A stretch of DNA of 63,492 nt, the filler included, from Dimorphilus gyrociliatus (Eukaryota > Animalia > Annelida): the NCBI GenBank assembly GCA_904063045.1. It is 4 parts of 4 records of this genome, joined end to end, with 100 filler letters (N's around TTAATTAATTAA, not from the genome) between each part and the next. Parts side by side here need not be neighbours in the genome. Positions count along the whole stretch, not along the records: positions 1 to 27,423 come from CAJFCJ010000013.1; 3 more parts are not named here. One strand, written 5' to 3'. Under the pieces are notes generated by a model, which was not told the origin of the DNA, ran no database searches, and saw nothing but the letters and a program-made list of their open reading frames with translations. A program made the translations under genes and the position numbers. Shown piece after piece: positions 1-12,900 of this stretch (position 1 is its first letter; each line of letters starts with the position of its first letter).

Positions 1-3000
1 ATTCAAATTCATACTTTTTGTGTACGTCATTTAATTTTCTTCTTTTTTCATATCTAAAATATTCACCAATAATAAAAAGGTATGGATTTAGCAAAGAACT
101 CGACGAAAATATTGCAGTTATGCATAAATTATAAATATTATTATTCATTGTAATATTGAGTAGCATTGATAAAATACCTATGTTGTTTTTTATATATAAC
201 GTCTGCATTATAACTCTAAAAAAATTTGAATTTAAAAAACAATGAGAACCTAAAATTGTAAAAATCATCCAAATGAGACAATCCACAAATAGTGATATTG
301 TAAAATCTGCTTTTAAACATACATTTTCCATTTCTGTCTTCTTCCGCTTTTCGTAATAAATTAATTTCAAGTGAAGAACATAAGCAAGACAATAAACACA
401 ATTCAAAACAATAATGAATATAACATAAAAATCATAATTCATTTGGTTAATGATTGATAAATTTCTGATTTGGATATACAGGCATATAGAACATTGATTA
501 TAGAATTCCTAAAGATAAAAACTTCTCAGCTTTAATATGAAAAAGCTAATTGAAAAAAAGTGACCTTGATTATCTGAACAATTGAATATGAAATTGTTAA
601 CGAAAATATAAACAAGAAAAATATTGTCATTCTGGGAAATTTAAATAAAAACCATTTTTGAAATGGCTTTAACACCGCCAAATATCTTTCTAGTGAAATC
701 AAACATTTACAAAATGGCGACGCTATTATTGAAAATGTCGCCATCACTGATAGAATTCTGCAAAATGAACTACTTGTCCATTGTTTGTCGGATAAAAAGT
801 AATTGTCCTGGTAATAGGCGTTCGCAATTGACACGAACAATAAATACAGAGCAAGCACCAACTGACTGAAATACAACAGCAAATGATAATATTTAGACGC
901 CTTGAAATATTTAAAAATGATCCATAAACACAAAATGTTTCCCACAACTGCAAAAACACTGAAAAACCACAACTGGATTTCCAGATATTTCACATTTATC
1001 AATCTGCCGCAACTGAAATTCACCGAATTTGACGGTTCGCAGTAAATATTCCTGAATAAACAGCACAGTGTGAAACTGCTTCCGTACACCTTTTCCAAAT
1101 TGTTTAAACCATTCTTTATGCCGATTGACAATGTTGAAGGAATTGTTGATTCGTTGATATACAACAATTTCAGCTTTTGCAGATGAATAAAGCAATTCTC
1201 TTCAAATTTCTGTATGTTGCAGCCAGATAATTTTAAAACCTGCAATCTTTTCACTGATGCAAAATACTTCCTCTTTAAACTCTTTATTCCCGTAAACGAA
1301 GCGTCCAAATACTGCAGTTGGAAACACTTCAATTGCCACAGGAACTTAAAGGAAGCGATTGATTGTGAAAAGGAAACGTCGAGATGAAGCAAAAGTTTCA
1401 ACGGATGCGAGAATACAAATTCTTGCCGAGGAAGGTTTCGGATCTTCTTCAGAGTGAGATGCAAGAGATTCGGAAACATTTTTGAAGTAATGTTGTCGAA
1501 AATCGATCCGTTTTCAACAGAGAAAACAGTCAATTGGTTGGATGCTGGTGAAAACTGAAATGGCATTTCGCCTTCAATCGAAACCTTTTGAAACATTTTT
1601 GTCAGAGGAATTTTGCTCCTTTCCATTTTGACTGAAGAGATTTTTTGTTGAAAAGAACAATGAATTTGAAAAGGAAAATTTTGTTGACAATCAAAAACGT
1701 TTTCATAGAAAGATAAATTGGATTTTGGACAATAAATTTCGTCGCTTCCTTCAAAGCAATTCACAATTCCATCACAAACTTTTTCCAACAGAATAAACTT
1801 CTTTTCTTGTTTGCATTTGAAAAATCCTTCTGGCCAGAAATCGTCTGTTGTGTTTTCGCGTCAAATTCCCTATTGCAGCGTCTACTTGAATGAAAATGGC
1901 CTCAACAACAGGCCTTGCACCTACCGCAGTCCGATTCGTCATCGCCAATTGCGCATTGTTTAATCCCATCGCAAACCTGTTCGATAGAGATGCAATAATC
2001 GTCTCTTCTACATCTATAGTATCCATTTTCGCATTTCTTTCTATCGCAGTGTTCGATTCTTTGGAACAAATCTGTGATTGGTATTCCCATTGACGTCTTT
2101 TCAAAATAGCAATATTTTCCAGTAGACTGAATTTGTGTTCTGTAGCCGAGCGTCTCGTCGTCATTATCACAGTCATATTTTCCATCATTGACGTAGGAAA
2201 GAGGCAAACAGCTGTAGTGGCATTGATATTGCTGTTTGTCATTACAACCTGTGTTCAGACGAGGATTTTATCTGAATACTGAAATGAGAACTACGAGGCA
2301 AACCTTTCCGAAATTGTGGCTTTAAAGCATCTTTATGCAAACACAATTCATCGCTTCCATCAAAGCAGTTTCTTTCATTATTGCAAATATCTGTATCTTT
2401 TACGCATTGTTGACTTGAACACGGACTGGAATCGTCGTCGCAACGGTCTCTGTCTTCATGGCGAAACGATGAATAAATATTGATGACGTGAGCTAAAAGT
2501 GTACTCACGACAGAATTTTTCATCAGAAGAATCTTGGCAGTCTGCAATAAAATCGCATAATCGAAAGAAAGCAATTGATTTTTCCGAATTGAAACAAGTG
2601 AATTGTTCAAATGTTTTATTTTCACAATTTTCTTCATCTTCTCCAAAAGGACAATCATCTATTCCATCGCAGATATACGCAATGTTGATATAAAGGTTTT
2701 TATATTTGCAAAGAAATATGGGATATTTTTGAAATATCTCTTCTGGTTGAATAAAACTTGTAGTTATTTCTGAGTTTTTGACAGCTTGAAATAATGTTTG
2801 GCGTGTGGTATTGAATAGAGAAATTACGTATTAAAAAGTTACTTGGTAACCAATGACAAATTGTCCATGTTTGTTTTGAACAAACAACATATTTAGTTGT
2901 TAATTGGGTGGGGGACAACCATGCATCAGTCTGTATAAACTTAATGAATAATATATTAGATTTGAAGAATTTGTTTTAATAACCATATAATAATATTTTT

Positions 3001-6000
3001 GACATATTCTAGGTAAATAAACAGTGTACATTTTAGTTTTAAAGTAATAATCTATATTATAATTTTCAAAGACAAAGTTTTCCTGAAAATTTCAATAAAT
3101 TTTTAAAATCAAAATTTGTGGTTTCTTTTTTAAAATTTAAATTTTGAACAAAATAAAGTATTACGTAATTTGTAAATTTAAATGGTAAATCTAGTGACAA
3201 TTGGCTTGATGAAAAATACATTGCTTTTTTATTTGAATAGTTGGCCATAAAAAATACTGAAATATGAATAAAATGCTTTTACTGGAAAGTCACATGATGT
3301 TTAAAAAATTTACCTTGACCGTATTCTTCCATATCCAAACTGTTGATGGAGATAAGTGGAGTATGAACTTTCACTAAAAATGGGAAGATGAAATCTTTGT
3401 TCTGTGTTGGATAATCTGTAACTGTTAAATTTTTTTTTTGGCAAAAGTCAATGCTGTCTTCCTGATTTGAAAATGTATCTTGTTTGTTTGGATAATAACA
3501 AACATCATAAACACTGATTGCCCTTTCAAAAGGACAAGCGACTAAATTTTCTATACTCCTATTAGAACATTCCAAAAAGTATGGATACCAATTTTCATCA
3601 CCTGGATAAATCCTAAGAGAAAGACGAACAAACGGAAAACAATGGCATTTATTTAAAAATTCATAAACTTAAAAATAGTACTCAACTGACTTTTCAACCT
3701 TTTGACAATTTGTTAATGATGAAACATTTTCTCTGCACGATAGTGTTTTAAATAGAAATGTATTTAAGCTATTGAACTGATTCCTTTCTCTTCTATAGAA
3801 TGTTTTAGAATGTGAAACAATTGTTCCATAATTAAATCCAAAAATAGAACAAATTTTTTGCTGTTCTTTGTAAAGGAGATACTGAATATCATGCCAATTT
3901 CTATCCCATACTTGGAAAAATCCTTTAAATTTTTGATAATTATGATTTACATATGGATAGAGGATATTTTCTTCATTTTGAATTATTCTAAAAACTTTTG
4001 ACAGAGAAAACTGGTAATCATTTACAAACTTTTACTTTAACTAACAATTATTTGCTGTTGGTATTTTTTCACAAGATTTATCAAATAAATACTGATCACT
4101 CTTAAAATTCGATATTGAAACAACACAAGTCTGTTCATAATTTTTCCTACAACCTTCCAATTGTGGAAAATTCTACAATTTAAAAAGAAAAATCAAGGAT
4201 TTTTTAATAAATAAACTAGTAAAATATAATAGATTAGCTTACATTATAAACAATAACTTTTAATTGACAAAAATCTTTTGAAAATGTTTCAGAAACGGCG
4301 AAACAAATATGTTTACAAGCATTAATTGCAAATGTAAAAAATGAAAAAATTGGTGGAAAAATTCCAATATTTATAGAACTAATGTAATAATGAAAATTAA
4401 AATTCTGTTTATAATAGGCTAAAATGTTCCTTTCTGTTTCACCAGCATTTGCAATCTTTTCAATTTTGTAATCTATATATTTATAAATAACATTTTTTTA
4501 CTTCAAGAAGTCAATTTTGAGTTGGGAGGAAATGGCCCAAGTAGGCTAAAGTTTTGGCTAAGATTTCGACCATTATGTAGGGTTTGGAATTGGGCAGCAA
4601 AAAGTGCTAATCATCTTGTGAACTGGTAGGTTAGAGTATAAAACACCAGGAAATGGGCCGTTTTCTCCCACACCCATTTTCTCTTCCTTACCATTGAATT
4701 GGTAATATTTGCATTTAGCAGGTATAGAATATCTTCCATTTTTTGGATCAATAAAGTCATATTTTGAAGGGTTTTTGAATAGAGCAACTTTGGTTGTAGT
4801 TATAATTAGATTAACATCTATTTGCACAATATATTGAATGTTTGAACAAATGTCCACTTTATTTGTCCTATTTATGTAAATGGGATAAAAAATTTCATTA
4901 ATTTTCAAATATAATGCAAAATCAGTCTTCCCACTCCATTTACTAACAATGTCTATAAAATTAAAAAAACTTGGTGTGATTCTAGATAAAATGTCTGTTA
5001 TGTCTCTTACTAATCAATTTTATTTTAAAGCATCTAATCAACGATTTAAATATTGGAAGTGATGATTGATTTTTGTCTAAATATTGCCAAACAACACTTT
5101 TATAGACATTGGAATACATAATAGTAATAGATGGTTCAATCTTCATCGAATATATTGGCATTAAAACTATATGCATAGAATCATAACCCAAATATTTACA
5201 AATTTCAGTGAATAATATACTATTATTTTCTGGAAATTTTACAAAATATGTTCTATTTGTACTCAATTCCAAAAATTGTAAAATTCCTTCAACATAATTA
5301 TCATACTCTATAGAATTTGCTAACTGAAATAAATTTTCGTTTGTATCAACATTTCTAAAAGCTAAATTTTCAAATTTATAAAGTAAAAACAAAAATATGA
5401 ATTAATGTAAAAATTTTGAAAAAAAATTACTATTCAAACCTTTTTTTTTGCAAATTGTTGTCATAAATCGAGCTAAATAGAAATTTGAGTGTTTCATAGA
5501 AATTTGACAATTTGTAATTGTGAAACCATTCATTTTACAACCTTTAATTATGGAATAATCCTTTATCTGAATATTGAAGGTATTTTTAATGAAATTTCAA
5601 TTAGGACAGTTAAAATATTAAACCTGAATTTTTAATTTTAAATATTTGCAACTTTTTTCATAGACAGACATGTTGAGTAGATTACAATAGTAGTGGCAAG
5701 CTAAATATCTATTTACAGAATTTTCAAACAATGGTGGAATATTACCAAATGTTTTTGACATGAAATATCCTCCATTTTTGAAAGCATTATCATTGTCTTG
5801 TAATAATCCTAATGCCCAAATTGGGGAAGACGATTGGACAACTTTAATATCTAAAGAGCCAAATTTTTTAAGACGTGTGAAAAAAGGAAAATACTCTATC
5901 AACCTTTAAGATCAGAAAATGAACATTTTAATAAAGGTATTGAGCTATTTTTATCAATAAAATTTATATTAATGATATAAGATCCATTTTCTTGGTATGA

Positions 6001-6742
6001 TATAAATGCATAATAAGTTTTATTTAAGGACATTGGCGATTGCGCAATAATTTGTAAAGAATATTCAGTGTCGGAGCAAATTCTTTTCTTAAATATTTGT
6101 TTTGTAGAAATAGTATAAATAGAGTTATCCTTTCTTAAATATGAATAATAAATATTATAATCATTTTTCTGAGTGAATAAATCTGTTTAATAGATTATGA
6201 AAAGAAATAAATTTTGTTTTTTAAAAAAAAAAATAGAGTAAAAATGAACTAATTAACATGTTGATCCTTTTTTATAACACTTTAAAACCAGATTGAAAAT
6301 GAGTTTTCTTCCATCATTAAAAAAATAGCTAGTTTTTTATAAATTAGTATTATTTTTCTATTTTAATCTAAAAAGGCCTATTATTTACTTACAATTTACA
6401 ACATAATCCATCAGTTATAGCTGCTGCGAATGTTCTATTTATAGGTTGTAGGGTACCACCTTCAACTCTAGAAAAGTGTGATTCATAGCCTAATATTTTA
6501 CAAAATGAGGTCATCATTGAAAAAGTATATTTTTTGAATATAAACAAATATGAATTATTTTTTTTGTTGTGTTTTACAAATAAATTTCCAAATATAAAAT
6601 TTTCTTTATTTTCAATAATTTCAATATCCAATTTTCCATTAAAATACTCAGTACTACTACACACCAATGGTGTTATTGATAGAATTGTACTAGAGTATAG
6701 ATAAAGTATTGGAAATATAAACATTTTATCGGTATTAGCCAT
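1..6742 (-). CDS. Multi-exon GRL101-type receptor A: signal peptide, SRCR-like and Cys-module repeats, C-type-lectin-like domain, several LDLa, LRRs, rhodopsin-type 7TM; 3' end at or beyond the window edge
   Basis: Exonic ORFs 6389-6742 (hydrophobic N-terminus), 5618-5902, 4982-5392 (ICKYLGY), 3279-3575 (VCYY, CTL-like), LDLa motifs (ICDGIDDCPFGEDEENC, CDGIKQCAIGDDESDC), 532-1788 (LRRs then TM1-4 with ISLERY), 216-401 (TM5-6). Separated by short GT..AG introns. Exact exon boundaries not fully resolved. Confidence 0.85.
528..2656 (-). repeat. Left arm of a 2129-bp inverted repeat (partner 10918-13046)
   Basis: Position x pairs with 13574-x. All ORF-track translations in both arms match (418, 156, 101, 94, 71, 68, 67 aa), spot-checked intron sequence is identical, and the first mismatches are at 527/13047 and 2657/10917. 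Confidence 0.95.
4519..4675. mobile_element. Short MULE-type MITE inside an intron of receptor A
   Basis: Inverted pair TGGGAGGAAATGGCCCA (4523-4539) and TGGGCCGTTTTCTCCCA (4654-4670), same motif as the 19057-19343 element. No clear TSD. Confidence 0.6.
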
Positions 6743-6942
6743 AAAAGTGTTTTTTTTATGATTAGAGTATAAATTATAAAATATAAACTGGTAGTTAATT
6801 TAACAACCACTTGCAATTTTTTAATTTTTTTAGCAATTATTTAAAATGTTTTATAATTGATTTATAAAGCAATTTAGATGATTTTGAATGAATGAAAATA
6901 GAAAAAAATATTATTCAAGTTCCATCATCAATTGTTTGAGCT
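6743..6942. promoter_or_regulatory. Probable shared bidirectional promoter between receptors A and B
   Basis: About 200 bp of very AT-rich sequence between two divergent, signal-peptide-like ORF starts (6742 minus, 6943 plus). Function is inferred from position only. Confidence 0.5.
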
Positions 6943-9900
6943 ATGAATGTTTCTTTAAATTTTCTATTTTTAGCCTTAAATTTAAATACAATTTTCACTT
7001 TTAAATTATACTTTGAAATAAAAAATCTAAATGAAAATTCTGTTGTTGGACACGTTCTAGTAAAAAATGATGAGAATATTACATATTCAATTAAATTTGA
7101 ACAGTACAATAATTTTATTATGATGTCACTATGTAAAAAATTCGGATACGATTCGTTTTTCGCTCGTACAGGAGCAGCTAAACAAATATATGGAATGACT
7201 GTTATAATAAAGAATACAATTGTTTGTTGCGAATTGTTTGTCAAAAAAGAACATAATTTAACTCCAAAATTTTAATTATTAACGCCGGGTTTTTTGCAGT
7301 TTATATAAAAATTTACGTTGGTCATTGGCCTATAGTTTGGCCTTGACCTGTTACAAAAAGAATTCAACTTGTTAAGTAGTATTATTTTTTACTTAATTAA
7401 TATATATTTTGTTTATTTCATTCAGATCTCATTGCCAAGAAATTTGACCATGGTATGTATAGGCTAATGTTAAAGAGTAGCCCATTACTCTATGTTGTTG
7501 GTAGTAAAACTGAGGATAGAAAGAAACTATGTTCAAACATTGAATATATCACTGATACTGAATTGAATTTTAACACAACTCATTTTGCAAATATTTCATA
7601 TTTTAATAATAAATCTATTGTATTCCAATTTGAAAACATGAAATATATACAGAATTTCCTTAATTGTTCCTTTTTAGAATTAAATGGTAACTCGGCCATT
7701 TTATTGGTTAGAAAAGTTAATACTTGTTAATTTTTTTCTTTCAGATTTAAGATCATTTTCTGATGATGATTTGAATGGCAAATGGTCAAAAACACCAAAT
7801 TTAGCTAGTTTTATTTCAACATTCAGGTTACGGCAATATTTTATGTCTAAAACTTATGGAAATATTCCTGTCTTATTTGCCAAAGAGATAAATTCTTTAT
7901 TTGGTTGTTATTTCTTCTGTAATTTAAAAAAATTGCAGTCAAATGAAGAAAACTGTTTTGAAAGAAAATTTCCACACAATGTAAAAGCATGCAAAATTCT
8001 ATATCTATTCTTTTATTCTCTTTTTTATCTAGATACGATATCCTGCATTAATATGTCAAGGGAATCAGTCTAAAATAAAAAACTGCGACATTAACCTAAA
8101 TGCTTATTTAAACGGTACAAAAGTTCTAAAATCGAAATGTTATAAAAGTTCAGTTAAAGGTTAAAACAAACAAAAATGTAAAAGAATACCAGTTTTTAAA
8201 TAATTTTTGAATTTTATTTTTCAAACTTATAAGATTTTAAAGTTACTAAAAAAAATAGTGGAAATAGACTATTTTTAAAAAATCCAATACATAATGACAA
8301 ATATACAGATGGAATTTTAAACGTTTTTTCATTAGAAGCAAACAAAACTTTTTATGTACATTTTGAAAATTTTCAGCCAAACATTTTAAATGAAATGTGT
8401 AATTTACTTGGTTTTGATAAATTCCATTCAATTCCAATGCCTTTGATCATTAGTGAAAAGGATTATATGGACAATATTATTAAATTAAAGTATGAATATT
8501 TGAATTTTAATAGAATTGGCGAAAAAATATTACCAGTTTTTACTTTTTTTTATTGTTTAGATATTCAATGATTTATAGATCGATAATTTGGGTTACACAT
8601 TTACCTGTAACAGCTTCAGTTTTGTATTTAAGATGTTTTAAACAGAATAAAACAAGTAAATATTTTACTTATTCAACATAAAAAAAATTGTCCACTAGAG
8701 GGTCAAGAGTATCATTTTTCTTTAACTCTTTTTGTCGGTTCAAACCATAAAATAATTGTCTTTCTGCACTAATTTAAAAAATTTTAGAGAAATTTATTTA
8801 TATCCATTTTCCTTTACATAAATAGACTTAGTGAGTAGGCCTATAAATGGAAATCTGTATCAGTTAATCTTAAAGGAGAATGAAACATTTTATGCAGTTT
8901 ATAAAGATTTTAAACGTAATGATATATGTTCAAAAAGCGAATATATTCTCCAAATCAATATACAATCGGAAATTATACATAAAACGAAAGTAGTAATCTA
9001 CAAAGACGACAACACTTTTAAATTTGAATTTATTAACTCTACTGCAAATTTTACATTGATAATCTGCAATTATAATGAAATAAAAGGTATAGTGTAGTAG
9101 TTTCTTTTTTTATGTTTCTTTAAATCTTATTCCTTCCTGTTTTATTGCTTTTCTTTAAAAGATAAAACATTTAAATCTGTTGAAAAGTCTACATTATTTG
9201 AAAAACAATTGCTGTTTTATTATTTAAAAATCCAACAATTCTATTATTATATAGATTCTAAAACTTTTGGTATTTTACCACTTGTAATGGTAAATTATTC
9301 AAATGATATACTCAAATGTTATTTACTTTGTAAGGAAATGTCTATGACAGTATCAGTACAAAGTTGTTCATACTTCCGGTTTAAAAACTGGGTAAAGTTT
9401 GTTTTTAATATTTTTGTGTGTATGGGTGTTTTTTGTTTCTTTTTTTATAGGTCATTCCAACATGTTATACAGAAGAGTTTAAATCATGTTACTTAAAAAG
9501 GACTGAACAGAATTCCTATTTTCCTGCCTTCCTTATAACTACTCAATGCGAAAATATACCAAAAGATAGTAAGGGAAAATTATTAATTTATTAATTTTTT
9601 TTAATTTGAATGTTAGAAATTAGAATAATTGAAAAAAGGAAAAATATTCTTTTGCCATTTAAAAATCATTCTCTTTTGAAATATGAAGGAATTTTAGAAT
9701 TTTGGAATGATCCTTGGCATGAAATTATATATTTGAATGATATTCATCAACGTAAAATCTGTTCATTTTTTGGTTTTCAATACGGAACATTTGTTAAAAG
9801 TAGAAGAAATGAAAAATATTTAAAAACAAAAAGAGCATTTAAATTCAGAACTATTAAATGTATGGAAAATGCAACAAACCTTTCACAATGCAATGGAATT

Positions 9901-12900
9901 GATAGTTACCATCCAAGTGATGAGATATACAATAATGAATATTTTCTACAATGTTCAAACATTCAAGCAAACGGTGTTTTTGAATTAATAAACCAATGAG
10001 GCAATAACACATTATTTACTATTAGGTTGTATGGATAACAGTGGAATTAATATCTATGACACATGCTATTATATTTTTAAGAGTAAAACACCAAACAATA
10101 TAACAGAACTAGAAAAATACTGTAAAGCTAGAAATCTAGTACTCAGTGATTTTCCAACTTTTAATAAAAATTTTATTTTAATGTTTATTGAAAATATAAT
10201 TAAGACATTTGAAAGAAACACAAATTCATTACCACATTTTGGATATAGTAAGTATACATATATGTCTATAACTTTTCATACAAAAAATATGTTTTTAGTA
10301 AAAACTCAAAAGAGGATTATTAATGGAAAATATTTCTATACAACAACAAATAATTTATCATTAAATATACCAATAGCTCTTCCAGAACCAGTAAATTTTA
10401 ATCAAAAAAATCTAATCCATCATTTTCTTTTCAAATTTTACATTTTTTTCTATTCAAGTCAATCATCAATTACAAAATATATAAAAGCTTTCACTCCAAT
10501 TTTTACTTTAATACTTTTAGAAACAAAAATAAACCTCTACCGGCATGTTGGAAAATTGAATTTGTAAACTCTTCAACAATTTCCATACAACAGTAGTTTA
10601 TTATTTCATAATTTCATTACAAAACAGAATAAATACGAAATTGATTTCATCCCTAAAACCGAAATTCCATGTAACCACATTCAACAGCTTTGGTTCATTT
10701 GTCAAAAATCATTTAGTATTCAATTAACAACTAAACTAAAAAATAATATTTTTTTAAAAACTTCTATTTTTTTATATGTCTTTTAGAAATTCAAAGATCA
10801 TATATCCACCGATATTTTCATCAATACAATTACTTCTCACTCAACAAAAAACCAACATTCCTTTGTAGAAACAGAAAAATATTAATCAACATTGCCTATA
10901 TCTGCGATGGAATAAACGATTGTCCTTTTGGAGAAGATGAAGAAAATTGTGAAAATAAAACATTTGAACAATTCACTTGTTTCAATTCGGAAAAATCAAT
11001 TGCTTTCTTTCGATTATGCGATTTTATTGCAGACTGCCAAGATTCTTCTGATGAAAAATTCTGTCGTGAGTACACTTTTAGCTCACGTCATCAATATTTA
11101 TTCATCGTTTCGCCATGAAGACAGAGACCGTTGCGACGACGATTCCAGTCCGTGTTCAAGTCAACAATGCGTAAAAGATACAGATATTTGCAATAATGAA
11201 AGAAACTGCTTTGATGGAAGCGATGAATTGTGTTTGCATAAAGATGCTTTAAAGCCACAATTTCGGAAAGGTTTGCCTCGTAGTTCTCATTTCAGTATTC
11301 AGATAAAATCCTCGTCTGAACACAGGTTGTAATGACAAACAGCAATATCAATGCCACTACAGCTGTTTGCCTCTTTCCTACGTCAATGATGGAAAATATG
11401 ACTGTGATAATGACGACGAGACGCTCGGCTACAGAACACAAATTCAGTCTACTGGAAAATATTGCTATTTTGAAAAGACGTCAATGGGAATACCAATCAC
11501 AGATTTGTTCCAAAGAATCGAACACTGCGATAGAAAGAAATGCGAAAATGGATACTATAGATGTAGAAGAGACGATTATTGCATCTCTATCGAACAGGTT
11601 TGCGATGGGATTAAACAATGCGCAATTGGCGATGACGAATCGGACTGCGGTAGGTGCAAGGCCTGTTGTTGAGGCCATTTTCATTCAAGTAGACGCTGCA
11701 ATAGGGAATTTGACGCGAAAACACAACAGACGATTTCTGGCCAGAAGGATTTTTCAAATGCAAACAAGAAAAGAAGTTTATTCTGTTGGAAAAAGTTTGT
11801 GATGGAATTGTGAATTGCTTTGAAGGAAGCGACGAAATTTATTGTCCAAAATCCAATTTATCTTTCTATGAAAACGTTTTTGATTGTCAACAAAATTTTC
11901 CTTTTCAAATTCATTGTTCTTTTCAACAAAAAATCTCTTCAGTCAAAATGGAAAGGAGCAAAATTCCTCTGACAAAAATGTTTCAAAAGGTTTCGATTGA
12001 AGGCGAAATGCCATTTCAGTTTTCACCAGCATCCAACCAATTGACTGTTTTCTCTGTTGAAAACGGATCGATTTTCGACAACATTACTTCAAAAATGTTT
12101 CCGAATCTCTTGCATCTCACTCTGAAGAAGATCCGAAACCTTCCTCGGCAAGAATTTGTATTCTCGCATCCGTTGAAACTTTTGCTTCATCTCGACGTTT
12201 CCTTTTCACAATCAATCGCTTCCTTTAAGTTCCTGTGGCAATTGAAGTGTTTCCAACTGCAGTATTTGGACGCTTCGTTTACGGGAATAAAGAGTTTAAA
12301 GAGGAAGTATTTTGCATCAGTGAAAAGATTGCAGGTTTTAAAATTATCTGGCTGCAACATACAGAAATTTGAAGAGAATTGCTTTATTCATCTGCAAAAG
12401 CTGAAATTGTTGTATATCAACGAATCAACAATTCCTTCAACATTGTCAATCGGCATAAAGAATGGTTTAAACAATTTGGAAAAGGTGTACGGAAGCAGTT
12501 TCACACTGTGCTGTTTATTCAGGAATATTTACTGCGAACCGTCAAATTCGGTGAATTTCAGTTGCGGCAGATTGATAAATGTGAAATATCTGGAAATCCA
12601 GTTGTGGTTTTTCAGTGTTTTTGCAGTTGTGGGAAACATTTTGTGTTTATGGATCATTTTTAAATATTTCAAGGCGTCTAAATATTATCATTTGCTGTTG
12701 TATTTCAGTCAGTTGGTGCTTGCTCTGTATTTATTGTTCGTGTCAATTGCGAACGCCTATTACCAGGACAATTACTTTTTATCCGACAAACAATGGACAA
12801 GTAGTTCATTTTGCAGAATTCTATCAGTGATGGCGACATTTTCAATAATAGCGTCGCCATTTTGTAAATGTTTGATTTCACTAGAAAGATATTTGGCGGT

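Noticed and set aside
663-2693. Plus-strand ORFs overlapping receptor A (and their mirror images at 11481-12911)
   Set aside because: Antisense shadows of a GC-richer coding region with no recognisable motifs. Their duplication only reflects the inverted repeat.
10928-11802. 134-aa and 156-aa ORFs as stand-alone genes
   Set aside because: They are off-frame or intron-bridging reads through the LDLa exons.
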